DNA of 64,000 nt from Mobula hypostoma. Its lineage: Eukaryota. The notes beneath the pieces are model-generated. The model was not told the origin of the DNA. It was given only the letters and a program-made list of their open reading frames with translations, and searched no databases. Both the position numbers and the translations under genes were made by a program. How positions within the stretch are numbered: position 1 is the first letter of the stretch; each line of letters begins with the position of its first letter. This document shows positions 1 through 11,544 of this stretch, one piece after another. Location of the stretch: positions 175,710,001 to 175,774,000 of the forward strand of contig NC_086097.1 of NCBI RefSeq assembly GCF_963921235.1, written 5' to 3'.

Positions 1-1188
1 TTTGTTTTTGCCAACAACATTCATGCCACATCAATCTGTTCAATTTCGGGATTTAGGCTATACCTTTCTGTATTCACTGCTCTGTTATATGTGCTTTGTA
101 TGACTATTGATGCCAGAGGAGAATTGTTTCATTTTGCTGTATTCATCATTATTCATGTATTGTTGAATGATCATTTATCTTGAACTTGTATAATCCCAGG
201 CATCTTAATGTCTTCTCATAGGCTAATCTTCTTAGCTTCTAATAATTTAAAACATAATAAATCAATTCAGTGATGATGAAGGAAGGGCATTGTACATCCA
301 AGTCAGTTTGGCTGTGATAGAAAGGAAGGGGAGGTTATGAGTTGCTATGATATTGTGGCATCCTGTTCCTATTGCCCAAGAGATCAACAGTGCTGCCTCC
401 ATGTTTCATAGATTACTCAAAGTACATTTTGTAGACAGTGCATGGAGACCAAAGCTATCCCTAGGAGAAAGTTCCTGAGGTGTCTAGGCACGTCTCCCCG
501 CTCCCCGCTCCCCCACCCCCTAACAGAGTGATGGGTGCCTGCAACAGCTGCCCAGGATGGTGTAAGCAGATGTGATAGTAATATTTAAGAAACTTCTTGA
601 TAGAAACATGAACTTCAGTGATATGGACCATGTGCAGGTACATTGGAATTGGACTGATGTCATGGTTGATAGGGTCATTGTGGACCCATCCCGTGCTGTA
701 CTGTTCTATGTTGTATTGAATTTAAATGGCATGGTGGGAATCGAACTCGGGACTTTAGATCAATAATGCAGAACAGTAAGTTATCTCGTCTAACACCTTG
801 GGATGCCTGGGTAAATGCAAACCCAAATCAGGAACTGTCATCGGACGAATGACGGCTCCGTACGCCTGAGCGTCCGGTACCGCCCGACGCTAATCACGTG
901 CTCGCGCCTCGTCACCGCTGGCCCGGAAAGCGCGCGCCTCTTGCCCTGCTGCGAAAAAATGGAGCGAAGGCGGTCGCGCGTACGTACAGCTGCGGACTAT
1001 CGACGTCAGCGTGCGCTCTGTGAGGTCACGAATTCGCGAGGGTCTCTATGACGACCGGGCCGGTACTCCGCCTCCTCCCTCCATCAACCCGAGGTCGGCA
1101 GGGGAGACGACGTCTCCGGTCGCTGGAAGGCGCCGAGTGTGCGGCTGAACGCTCTCTGCCTTCCCCGGTGGTGAGGGGGAGAAGAAAA

Positions 1189-1260
1189 AGAGGAGGAGGA
1201 GGAGGAGGAGGGGGGGGGAGGAGAAGGAGAAGAAGAAGAAGAAGAAGAAGAAGAAGAAGA
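1189..1260 (+). repeat. Compound purine microsatellite (GGA)n-polyG-(GAA)n
   Basis: Directly visible pure-purine tract upstream of the start codon. Confidence 0.95.
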
Positions 1261-1405
1261 CCAGCCTGCCGTCGCTCCAGCCAACATGCTGCCGGATTGC
1301 CCACTCTCGCTCCCTCCGCAGTATTAACCCCTCCTCACCCAGCCCCGTCTCTGTTGTCGCCTTCTAGGCTGTAACCCACGGGCTGGGCCACACCCGTCTG
1401 GCAGC

Positions 1406-1514
1406 ATGCTAAAGAAAGTCCTGCGCCTCTCCAACCGCTCCTTCTTCGCCTTCATCTTCCTCTTCTCCCTCTCCTCCTCCTGCCTCTATTTTATCTATGT
1501 GGCGCCCGGAATAG
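1406..1514 (+). CDS. B4GALT6: Beta-1,4-galactosyltransferase 6-like, coding exon 1 (cytoplasmic tail + signal-anchor TM)
   Basis: MLKKVLRLSNRSFFAFIFLFSLSSSCLYFIYVAPGI matches the recalled B4GALT6 N-terminus (SNRSLLAFIFFFSLSSSCLYFIYVAPGI). Ends at a phase-1 donor G|GTAAGC (intron starts 1515). Confidence 0.93.
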
Positions 1515-2214
1515 GTAAGCACCGGGGTCTCACTCTTACCGGGGTATGCGCAGGGCAGGTTTTTATTATTGCAGCGTACGTGAGGGGAAGGGGGACACTT
1601 CCCAGTTAATTGCCATACTTGATGTCCCTCCCCGAGAGTACACGGTTTTTGCTGGCCTGCCAGTGTTTTAATTGTTGCAGCCCATTGCAAGGGGAAGCAG
1701 TGATGTGCAGGTTGCACTGTGTTAAGGGGAAGCTCACCAGCGAAGTTGTATCAGGCGCAGACATCGCCTTGGTCGGCGGAGGAATTCAGTTTGTATCGAA
1801 CAAGGTGCGATGTGAATTCCTTGTTCCCCAGGCGAACAATGCATGGTAATAAATAGACTCACAAGTGTAAAACCGTAGAATGGTGCAAAGATTGTGGCGG
1901 AAACACGAGGAAATTGTGGCGGTGCTGCTTTATTAAGTACTGTACTTACTGAGCCAAAATAGTCAGCAGTTTAAAAAAAATGGTTTGTAAAACGTCTTGC
2001 TGACTCGGTGTTTTCTTGCTTTTTTTAATTGGGAGAATGTATAGGGAAAGAATGTTGTAATTGCAAGAGGCTGTAGATGGAATCTGGAGTAACTCAACAG
2101 GTAGAGTAGCATCAGTGGAAGGGTAAGGGATTGTTCCCTCGGACTCCTGTCTCACTATTAACCCAACTTAATCACTGGACAATTTACAATGACCAACTAA
2201 ACTACCCTGTATGT

Positions 2215-2447
2215 AAAAGTTGCTGGTGAACGCAGCAGGCCAGGCAGCATCTCTAGGAAGAGGTGCAGTCGACGTTTCAGGCCGAGACCCTTCGTCAGGA
2301 CTCTTCCTTCAGTTAGTCCTGACGAAGGGTCTCGGCCTGAAACGTCGACTGCACCTCTTCCTAGAGATGCTGCCTGGCCTGCTGCGTTCACCAGCAACTT
2401 TTATGTGTGTTGCTTGAATTTCCAGCATCTGCAGAATTCCTGTTGTT
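2215..2447 (+). mobile_element. Penelope-like element mini-insertion (inverted pLTR fragment + direct pLTR fragment + tail)
   Basis: 12-bp TSD TACCCTGTATGT at 2203-2214 and 2448-2459. 88-bp inverted arms around a 12-nt spacer. Sequence nearly identical to the 3' end of the PLE at 27692-30507. Confidence 0.9.
2315..2350 (+). ncRNA. Minimal type-I hammerhead ribozyme (PLE-type), intact core
   Basis: AGTC-CTGACGA-AGG(GTCTCGG)CCT-GAAAC-GTC^-GACT: stem I AGTC/GACT, CUGANGA and GAAA cores, 3-bp stem II. Stem III is reduced to palindromic ACGT, implying dimer dependence. Predicted cleavage after C2346. Mirror copy on the minus strand at 2267-2302. Confidence 0.8.
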
Positions 2448-4009
2448 TACCCTGTATGTCTTTGGACTGTGTGGGAGAAAACCAGAGGGCCTGAAGAAAA
2501 CCCACTCATTCCACGGGGATGTACATGGGCTTCTTCAGAAGAGTGCCAGAAATTAACTCTGAACTCTGGAATGTCCCTAGCTATAATAGTGTGCGCTAAC
2601 CGCTACACTACATTTCTTTGTGCAAATCTACCTATCACCTATCTGCCTCTGTCTCTCAATTTCACCCTCCTCTTCTCCCCAGCAGCCTCTCGCTGCTTGG
2701 TCCACCTATTGCCTACCTGGAAATCTGCAGATGCTGGAAATCCAAGTAACACACTCATAATTCTGGAGGAACTCAGTAGGCCAAGCAGCGTCTATGGGGA
2801 AAAAAAAGTATAGTCGATGTTTTGGGCTGAGTCCTGCCAAAGGGTCTCTGCCCGAAATGTTGACTACTTTTTTCCAGAGATGCTGCCTGGCTTGCTGGTT
2901 TCATCTAGCATTTTGTATTACCTACCTGTTCACACGACTGCCACTATTTAGAAACTGTTTGGCCACAGTTTCCTGCCTCAATTAAGCAGCATAGAGTCCC
3001 AAATAAATGAAGGGAATCCTGGCTGTTTTCTCAATTAGATTTTTAAACAAATCTAATTAGGTTTTTAAACAAAATCTAACAAAACCCAAACAAACAGCTG
3101 TCTGATTAACTGATGAACCTATTAACCAGAATCCACTGTATTGAAAAGTTGTATCCATTTAAAATTGTACTTGGAGACTTTATATACCTTAAAACTTTTT
3201 GAATATGAAAAATGTAAATATATCGTTCTTTTACACGTTTTAAAATGTATTAACATTACTAACAGCAAAAGAGTTGAGAAATGCTATGGGACTTTGATTA
3301 TGTGATAAATGGAGACTAATCTTAGTTATTGGACATGCAATTTTTGTAAACTCTATTAGTCTGGAATTTAATCCTCCAAAATTACCTTGTTAAATGTTTT
3401 GCTTCTGGTTCGGTAGCCTGTAATCGAGTCAAAAACTTGAGTGTGCAATCCATGCTTACACATGAGTGTATTACTGATTTACTAACGTTCAGCAGTGTCT
3501 CATCAGTAAGAAGATGGGTTGACATGAAGGATTCTGTCACACAGTTGGGTAAGGCAGTGTAGCAGTTAAATTGCTGGACTAATAGCCAAGTTCTGAACCA
3601 TTGATCTATGAACATGGCAATATAGATGATGGCAAGCTCAAAACCATTGGAATGTTGAAATTCTGTCTTCACTGTTCTTCACTGAAGGGAATCTGCCTAA
3701 CTCTCCAATTCAGTTGACTTAACTTCCTCCTCTGTTCAAGTGCTATTAGTGAGAGACAGTAAATATTGTTGCTAATGACATCCACACCCACTGAACAAAT
3801 GGGGAAAAAAGACTTTGTAAGACAAAGAGTATGACTTGACCAATATTTACCCATTAGCAGCATCATTTAAACAGATGATCTCATTCATAGAACTCTCTGA
3901 AGATTTAAGTTGAATGGCCTCATTCATATTTTTCATTTCATGGAAGTTGTGATAATGTATTGTTTGCAAATTAGACCTCTCATGACATTAACTACATAAT
4001 ATCTCAAAC

Positions 4010-4585
4010 AAGAGAAAATCTACAGATACTGGAAACCAAGAGCAACACACACAAAATGCTGGAGGAACTCAGCAGGTCAGGGAGCATCTATAGAAAAGTT
4101 GATGTTTTGGGCCGAGACCCTTCGTCAGGACTGGAGTAAAAAGATGAGGTCAGAGTAAGAAGGTGGATGGGAGGAAGAAATACAAGGTAGTAGATGATAG
4201 GTGAAACTTGGAGGGGGCTTGAAGTAGAGAGCTGGGAAGTTGATTGGTGAAAGAGACAGAGCTGCAGAAGGGTGAATCTGATTGGAGAGGGTAGATCAAG
4301 GAAGAAAGGAAGGAACACCAAAGGGGGGTGGTGGGCAGGTAAGGAAATAAGGTGTGAGAGAATTGGGAATGGTACCGGAAGTTCAAGAAATCAATGTTCA
4401 TGCCCCCGGGTTGGAGGCTACCCAGACTGAATACAAGGTGTTACTCCTCCAACCTGAGTGTGGCCTCATTGCGGCAGTAGAGAAGGCCATAAGCTCACAT
4501 GTTGGAATGGGAAGTAGAATTAAAATGGGTGGCCACCAGGAGATCCCATTTTTTTCTGGTGGGTGGAGCATAGGTGCTTGGCAAA
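4010..4585 (-). mobile_element. Older PLE 3' fragment (GIY-YIG C-terminus + pLTR)
   Basis: Minus strand encodes ..LEExHLVFSLGSLQPGGMNIDFLNFR, followed by a purine/pyrimidine-biased UTR and a degenerate hammerhead. Other decayed pLTR pieces at ~2720-2915, 6210-6460, 18000-18110, 32465-33135, 53335-53430, 58070-59090. Confidence 0.8.
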
Positions 4586-5319
4586 AGGTGAATTCTGGAA
4601 GATTGGAAATGATCTTGATTATCACAGATGTCTCACTCTAAGTATCAATCTATTTTATGCTGCCTGGCACTGTGTTGGCCTGATAACAGTTTTATATTTT
4701 GTCTGCCTATGGCTCGCTGCCTCAAGTTCACAAGCTTGTTGTTCCCGAGTTAACTCTTTATCAATGTTTTCTGAGGAGGGGATGATGTCCCAGGTTACAT
4801 CCGTTATTAGGGAGCTATATACAGGGGGTGGTTCAAATTACAATAAGAAGAAACCATGTATTTCAATTCTTTTGTTCATTCCTCATTAACTGGAAGCTTT
4901 TTTTTGTTACCAGCAGTCATGCTGCTATTTCCTTCTCATGTTTCTCAATGGAGGCCTATATAACTTGGCCATGATTCACTCTTTTTCTGTACTTTTAAAT
5001 TAAGTAACTTAATCATTTGCATTATGTAAGAATAAATTATGGCTAAAGGATAAGAGCTTCTAAGGTCCTATATAATCTTTGGTTTAGTATGAAAATTAGC
5101 GAGCTGTACTGGAAATAGTAATCCACTGTATTTGCTTGCTGGATATAATGCAGGAGGCCATTTAGCCCATTTGCGTTCTTGCTGGAACAATCCCATCCTT
5201 CCTTTTCTTTTCCCCTTTCTCTGTAGCCCAGCAATTCATTATCTCGTGTGTCTAACAACTCTGTGCACACTGCACCCAAGGTCATGTTTAAGATCAGGGA
5301 CCCAACACACTGATGTAAT

Positions 5320-5800
5320 CACAAAAAAGGCATGCCAGTTCCCTTCTTTTGAGGACATTTGATATGTCACCAAAGATTCCAGCAATTATCTGCAGATGTG
5401 CAGTGGAGAGCATTATGACTATTATGGAAGCTCCGATGTGCAGGGTCAGAAGAGGTTGTATAAGATTGTAGGTTCAACCAGCTACAACACAGACACAACC
5501 CTCCCACCACTGAGGATATCTTCCATCATTGAGGACCCTCACCATTTGAGATATGATTTCTTCTCATCAGTACCATAAGGGAAGAGTCACAGGAGCTTGA
5601 AGACCCACGCTCAAATTTTAGGAACAACTTCTTCCCCTTTGCCATCAGGTTTCTGAATAGTAAATGCACCCATGAACACCAACTTGCTATTCTTCTTTTG
5701 CACTTTAAAAAAAAATACACTTGCAGTAAATTTTGTACCTTGCACCTTGCCACTGCCATGAAAAACAACAATATTCATGATGTATGTCAGTGATTTAGAC
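5320..5800 (+). mobile_element. Rex/Babar-type LINE 3' fragment
   Basis: Decayed RT C-terminal region (..EDPHH..RFRNNFFPFAIRFLN) and 3' tail shared with other Rex-like copies in the window. Confidence 0.7.
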
Positions 5801-6885
5801 TCTGACCACGGTTCATTAGAGCTAAAACCAGTAGTTCCACCTATTATGCCACAGCTCTTATAAGTAAAACAATATTCCTGCTTTCCTGTGATACTTTACA
5901 ACATAGCTGCTGGGGTTTCACTACAGATGTAAGGTCTTACCTTGCGATCTAATAAAGTCAGCAGTTTATTCCAGGATTACTTTGGAAGGCTGGAAACACT
6001 CAGGTTCACCTTTTGTCTGTCATTAATAACTTTATTTCCATCTCCCTCTTTCCAAACAATACCATTCCACAGTTAATATCAGATATTAAGAGCTCATCAG
6101 TTTTTCTTAATTCCCAAATGTGCAAATCTTCCTCAGCAATCAGATGTTTCTGTTGTCCAATATCTGTTGTCCTGGCTTCCAACTCAAAAGTAATTTTTTT
6201 CTCAGGTAATAGACACAAAATGCTGGAGGAACTCAACATGTCAGACAGCATCTATGGAGGGAAATAAACAGTAAACATTTCCAGAGCTTGTACTTCTCTA
6301 CCCCTCACCTTGTTCTGGCTTCTGCCCCTCTTTCCAGTCCCGATAAAGGGTCTTGCCTGAAAAGTTAACTGTTTATTCCCTTCTGCAGATGCTGCCGGAC
6401 TTGCTAAGTTCCTCCAGAATTTTGTGATGCTCAAGATTTCTAGCATTGGTGGAAATCTCTTGTATATATTTTTTAGATATTTTACTCTTACATTTTTCCT
6501 GTTTTTCAGCTTTCACTAAGCTCCAAGTTTCATTGCCCCTTCTTTTATTTCCATAACCAGCTGAGTTCCTAATTACCAAGTTATCATTCCCCTATTCAGT
6601 GACATTAATAATTAACTGGTCTCAGAAACTAGACTGAAGCTGTTTATTTCCTTTACCTGTTTAAAAGACTATATTTCCTTTCTTTTCATGCTCAACCCGC
6701 GCCTTCTGTGACATCACAACAGCACAGAGATGGCTGTAATCAAGATGACCAAGTGCTTTACCTGTTTTTTTTCCCCTGCAGATTTGAGATGTAATAACAA
6801 GCTAATTCTGTGTAGTTCAAGGGTTCCCAACCTGGGGTTCATGAACCCCTTGGTTAATGGTAGGGGTCCATGGCATAAAAAAAAA

Positions 6886-9758
6886 CGTGCTATCTTAGAG
6901 CTGGTCCTGTGCTATGAGACTGGTAAAATTAGGGATCCTCTTGGAAAGAGTGATCACAGTATGACTGAGTTCCTATTGAAAACCAGTGTATTATGCCTAA
7001 ACAATGGCGACTGCAATGGGATGAGGGAGGATTTGGCTAGTGTAGACTGGGAACACAGGCTATTTGGGGGGACGGTTGAGGAACAGTGGAAGACTTTCGA
7101 AGAGATTTTCATGGTGCTCAACAAAAGTATATTCCAGTTAAAAGCAAGAGCAGTAAGGGTGGGGAGAGCCAGCCTTGGATAACTAAGGAAATAAAATAAG
7201 ACATCAAACTAAAAGCTGGTGTGTACAAAGTTGCCAAGAGTAGTGGGAAACTGGAAGATTAGGAAAACTTTAAAAAGCAACAAAGAACCACTAAGCAAGC
7301 AATAAAGAAAGGGAAGATAGATTATGAAAAACTAGCACAAAATATAAAAACGGATAGTAAAAGTTTTTGTAATTATGTAAAGTGGAAAAGGGTGTCTAAA
7401 GTGAACGCAGGTTCCTTGGAGGACAAGAAGGGGGAATTGATATTGGGTAATGAGGAAATAGCAGAGGCTTTGAATGCCTATTTTGTGTTGGTCTTCATGG
7501 TGGAGGTCACGTCTAACATACCAAAGAGAGATGTTATGGATGCAATGGGAGGTGAAGACCTCGATAAAATAGTTATCACTAAAGAGGTAGTGCTGATAAA
7601 CTTGTGAGCCTGAAGGAAAGTCCTGATGAAATGCATCCCAGGGTACTGAAAGATATTGCAGAAGTTATAGTGGAGGCTTTGGTGATAATTTACCTAAATT
7701 CACTGGGCGCTGGGCAGGGTCCGGCGAATTGGAAGATGGCGAGTGTCATGGCACTGCCCAAAAGAGGAAGCAGGCAAAAGGCAGGTAACTATAGGCCTGT
7801 TAGTTTAACATCTGTAGTTGGGAAAATACTTGAAGCTATTACTAAAGAGGAAATAGTGAGGTATCGGGAAAGAAATGGATCCTTCAGGCAGATGTAATAT
7901 GGACTCAACAAAGGCAGGTCCTGTTTGACAAACTTACTGGAGTTCTTTGAGGATATAATGAGCACAGTGGATAGAGGGGAACCAGTGGCCACACATTTTA
8001 ATTCCACGTCCCATTCCCATTCTGATATGTCTATCCACGGCCTCCTCTACTGTAAAGATGAAGGTTGGAGGAACAATACCTTATATTCCGTCTGAGTAAC
8101 CTCCAACCTCATGGCATGAACATTGACTTCTCAAACTTCCGCTAATGCCCCACCTCCCCCTCGTACCCATCTGTTATATATTTATATACACACATTCTTT
8201 TTCTCTCTCTCCTTTTTCTCCCTCTGTCCCTCTCACTATACCCCTTGCCCATCCTCTGGGTTTTCCTCCCCTCCCCCTTTTCTTTCTCCCTAGGTCTCCT
8301 GTTCCATGATCCTCTCATATCCCTTTTGCCAATCTACTGTACAGCTCTTGGCTCCATCCCTCCCCCTCCTGTCTTCTCCTATCATTTTGGATCTCCCCCT
8401 CCCCCTCCTACTTTCAAATCTCTTACTAACTCTTCCTTCAGTTAGTCCTGACAAAGGGTCTCGGCCTGAAACGTCGACTGTACCTCTTCCTAGAGATGCT
8501 GCCTGGCCTGCTGTGTTCACCAGTTCACTAGTTCACCAGCAACTTTGATGTGTGTTGCTTGAATTTCCAGCATCTGCAGATTTCCTCGTGTTTGGATTTG
8601 ATTTACTTGGATTTCCAAAAGGCGTTCCATTAGGTGCCATGTAAAAGACTTATCCATTAAATAGCGATGCATAGAGTTGGGGGTGATGTATTAGCATTGA
8701 TAGAGGATTGGTTAACTAATAGAAACCAGAGTGTTGGGATACATAGGTGTTACTCCGGTTGGCAATCAGTGGTGAGTGATGTGCTGTAGGGGTCAGGGTT
8801 GGGCTCGCAACTGTTCACGATATGGATTAATGATCTGAAAGAGGCGACTGAGTACATGTAGCGTATCTAAGTTTGCTGATACTAAATTGAGTGGAAAAGA
8901 AAATTGTGCAGAAGTTACGGAGAAATATAGATAGGTTAAGTGAGTGGGCAAGGTTCTGGCAGATGGGGTACAATGTTGATAAATGCGAGGTCATCCACTT
9001 TGGAAGGAAAACTGGAAGAGCAGTATATTATTTAAATGGTAAAAATTGCAACATGCTGCTGTGCAGAGGGACTTGGGAGTGCTTGTGCATGAATGACAAA
9101 AGGTTTGCAGGTGCAGCAGGCTATCAAGAAGGCAAGTGAGATGTTGGCCTTCATTGCTAGAAGGATTGAATTTAAGAGCAGGGAGGTTATGCTGCAACTA
9201 TACAGGGTACTGGTGAGGCCACACCTGGAGTACTGTATGCAGTTCCGGTCTCCTTACTTGAGGAAGAATATACTGGCTTTGGAGGCAGTCTAGAGAAGGT
9301 TCACCAGGTTGATTCCAGAGATGGGGGGTTAAACTATGAGGAGAGATTGAAGCACCTGGGACTGTACTCGCTGGAATTCAGAAGAATGAGAGGAGATCTT
9401 ATAGAAACATATAAAATTATGAAAGAGGCAGGAAAGTTGTTTCCACTGATGGGTGAGACTAGAATTCAGGGTCATGGCTTCAAGATAAGGAGGAGTAGAT
9501 TTAGGACGGAGATGAGGAACTGCTTTTCCCAGAGGGTGGGGAATCTGTGGAATTCTCTGCCTAATGAAGCAGTGGAGGCTATTACAGTAAGTATATTTAA
9601 GACAAGGTTGGTTAGATTTTCACATAGTAGGGGAATTAGGGTTATGGGGAAAAGGTGGTAGAGGTGAGTCCATGGTCAGATCAGCCATGATCTTACTGAA
9701 TGGTGGAACGGGCTCGACAGGCCAGATGGCCTACTACTTTTATTTCTTACGTTCTTAT
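6886..9758 (+). mobile_element. CR1-clade LINE, 5'-truncated ORF2 remnant, interrupted by a PLE fragment
   Basis: CR1 motifs in broken frames: LGKSDH, PDEMHPRVLK, GNYRPVSLTSVVGKILE, SCLTNLLEFFE, LVRPHLEYC, RGDLIETYKI, NLWNSLP. 3' tail ..TTCTTACGTTCTTATG. Confidence 0.92.
7989..8593 (+). mobile_element. PLE 3' fragment inserted in CR1
   Basis: Matches 29915-30507. The 5' junction shares CCAGTGG with the CR1 host. Hammerhead at 8444-8479 has core CTGACAA (G8>A). Confidence 0.9.
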
Positions 9759-11544
9759 GAACTCCTGGTAGCGGTACTTCATTTCTTATGGAGCTACCTT
9801 ACAGAAACAAGCTGTTTGTTCCATTGTGGATTCAAGTAGTATCTTCTTTGTTTTTCTAGAACAATGATACTCCTTTGTCTGTACCTAGTGTCTTTCAATT
9901 AAAGAAATTTTCAATCCTCCATTTAAAGGAAACTGAATGATTAGTTGGCTTTTGCTGGAGAATATCAAACTACCATTTTCCTCAATGCATATGCATGTGA
10001 TATTTTAAAAATTTGTGCCTGTTTATTATTTTCACATATACCTAGATAAAGTGAAAAGCTTGTCTTACATACTTTTCATCCAGATGAAATCACTACATAG
10101 TACATTGAGCTGGAATAAGATAAAACGATATCAATACATAATAAAGTGTAAGAGCTACCGAGCAAGTGTATTGCAGGTAAATGACATACAAGATCATAAT
10201 GAGATAGGTTGTGAGGCCGAGAGTCCATCTTGTTTAAGAGATCCATTCAAGGCCAGAAGTGGGATAGAAACTCTTCTTGAGCCTGGTTGGCAATAGAGGC
10301 TTTGGTAATCGGAAAAAATTCTTTAATTTGTGCTCACTCCTTTTAAGAATCAGATTTATTACCACTGACTTGGATGTGCAGTTTGTTTTGTGGCAGGCAA
10401 AATTACAATAAATTACAATAATAGTGAAAAAACGAAAGGAATAACAAAGTAGTTTTTCAAGGACTGTTCAGAAATCTGACGCAGGAGTAGCTTTTTCTGA
10501 AATGTTGAATGTGATTCTTCAGGCTCCCTACCTCAGATGGTAATAACAAGAAAACTTTGCTACATTGGTCAACTTGAATAGTGTGTGCCAACCCGTGCAC
10601 TTGGGGAGTTGTCTCATAGAGCTTTCATTTCACAAATTGTCTCTGATGATAAGTGCAGGATGCCTTTTTTTTATTTTATTTGACTAACAGATACTCAACA
10701 TTATGTACAAATTATGAGGTGTGAGAGTGTAAGGTTAATCACAGGTAGAGGTTATAGGAAGAGGAGACAAAATTACAAGGGAATGATAAGTATGCGAGAG
10801 AAAGAAATTAACGGACATTATGTGGTGGGAGAAGAGAGGGTAAGTGTGACAGTGAATGCTAGAAAAATGCAACAAAAGAACAGGTTAATAGAAAGGCAAA
10901 AAAGAGTGTGAACAGAATGTATATAATTTGATATTTGAAATCTGATGTTTTTCCCCACTACTGATCCCCTTTGGTATCTTGCATTGCTGTGGAAATCCAT
11001 TTTGTCCCTAAAGATTTGAAAACATGATTTGATACTCTGGTGCTTTCTGCTTGTGTTTTTAAATCTGTCTACCTCATTTCTGAAATAATATTGGGATAAT
11101 AGTAGTGCTAACAGATGCTCTGAAAACCTTTGTGGCTGAGGGAAATTATTGAGTCAAAAATGGGTATCCTATGATTCATCTCCACATGAATAATTGGAGA
11201 ACCTATTCCTGACAATGTTGTGAGTGTAATGTTATTCAATAAAGCTGTGATTCGGCTTTTTCATTGCATCGGAGGTCTGTATGCAATATTTCATAAGTTA
11301 TTTGATTGAAACTGATAGCACAGAATTTTGTGCACAGACAATATGGTGGGGCACAACCTGACAAATTGCTTAAAAAGAAGCAGCACACTCAACTTAGCAA
11401 AAACAAAATAAATAATTCAAGAATGGTCCTGATTTAAAAGTAATTAATAAAAGAAACCACGAACCACAGGAGGTTCATTCACCACACCGGCATTACCAAG
11501 GAAGTGTTGCCAGAGGCAAGGAAGAAGAGCTGATATCTTCGTTA

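Larger units (their letters stand above)
840..1600 (+). promoter_or_regulatory. CpG-island promoter / 5'UTR of the B4GALT6-like gene
   Basis: Sharp GC- and CpG-rich stretch in otherwise AT-rich, CpG-poor DNA, overlapping coding exon 1. Contains E-box CACGTG (895-900), an ETS-like CCGGAA, GCGCGCGC and a CRE-like CGACGTCA (1001-1008). TSS not determinable. Confidence 0.85.
2140..2612 (-). mobile_element. tRNA-derived SINE (V-SINE/HE1-like), interrupted by a PLE-derived insertion
   Basis: Minus strand starts GTAGTGTAGCGGTTAGCGC (A-box-like) followed by a V-SINE-like core (GGTTTTCTCCCACAC..GGTCATTGTAAATTG). Related copies at ~54190-54475 and ~58400-58660. Confidence 0.7.

Noticed and set aside
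1026..1304. Minus-strand ORFs with poly-Leu/Pro/Ser
   Set aside because: Translation of the GGA/GAA microsatellite in GC-rich DNA; no protein features.
1515..1609. Extension of the 1406 ORF to 67 aa
   Set aside because: Read-through past the GT donor at 1515; homology continues in exon 2.
2197..2417. Near-identical ORFs on both strands (MLVNAAGQAASLGRG..), recurring elsewhere
   Set aside because: Artefact of the palindromic PLE terminal repeat; non-ATG starts; not a gene family.
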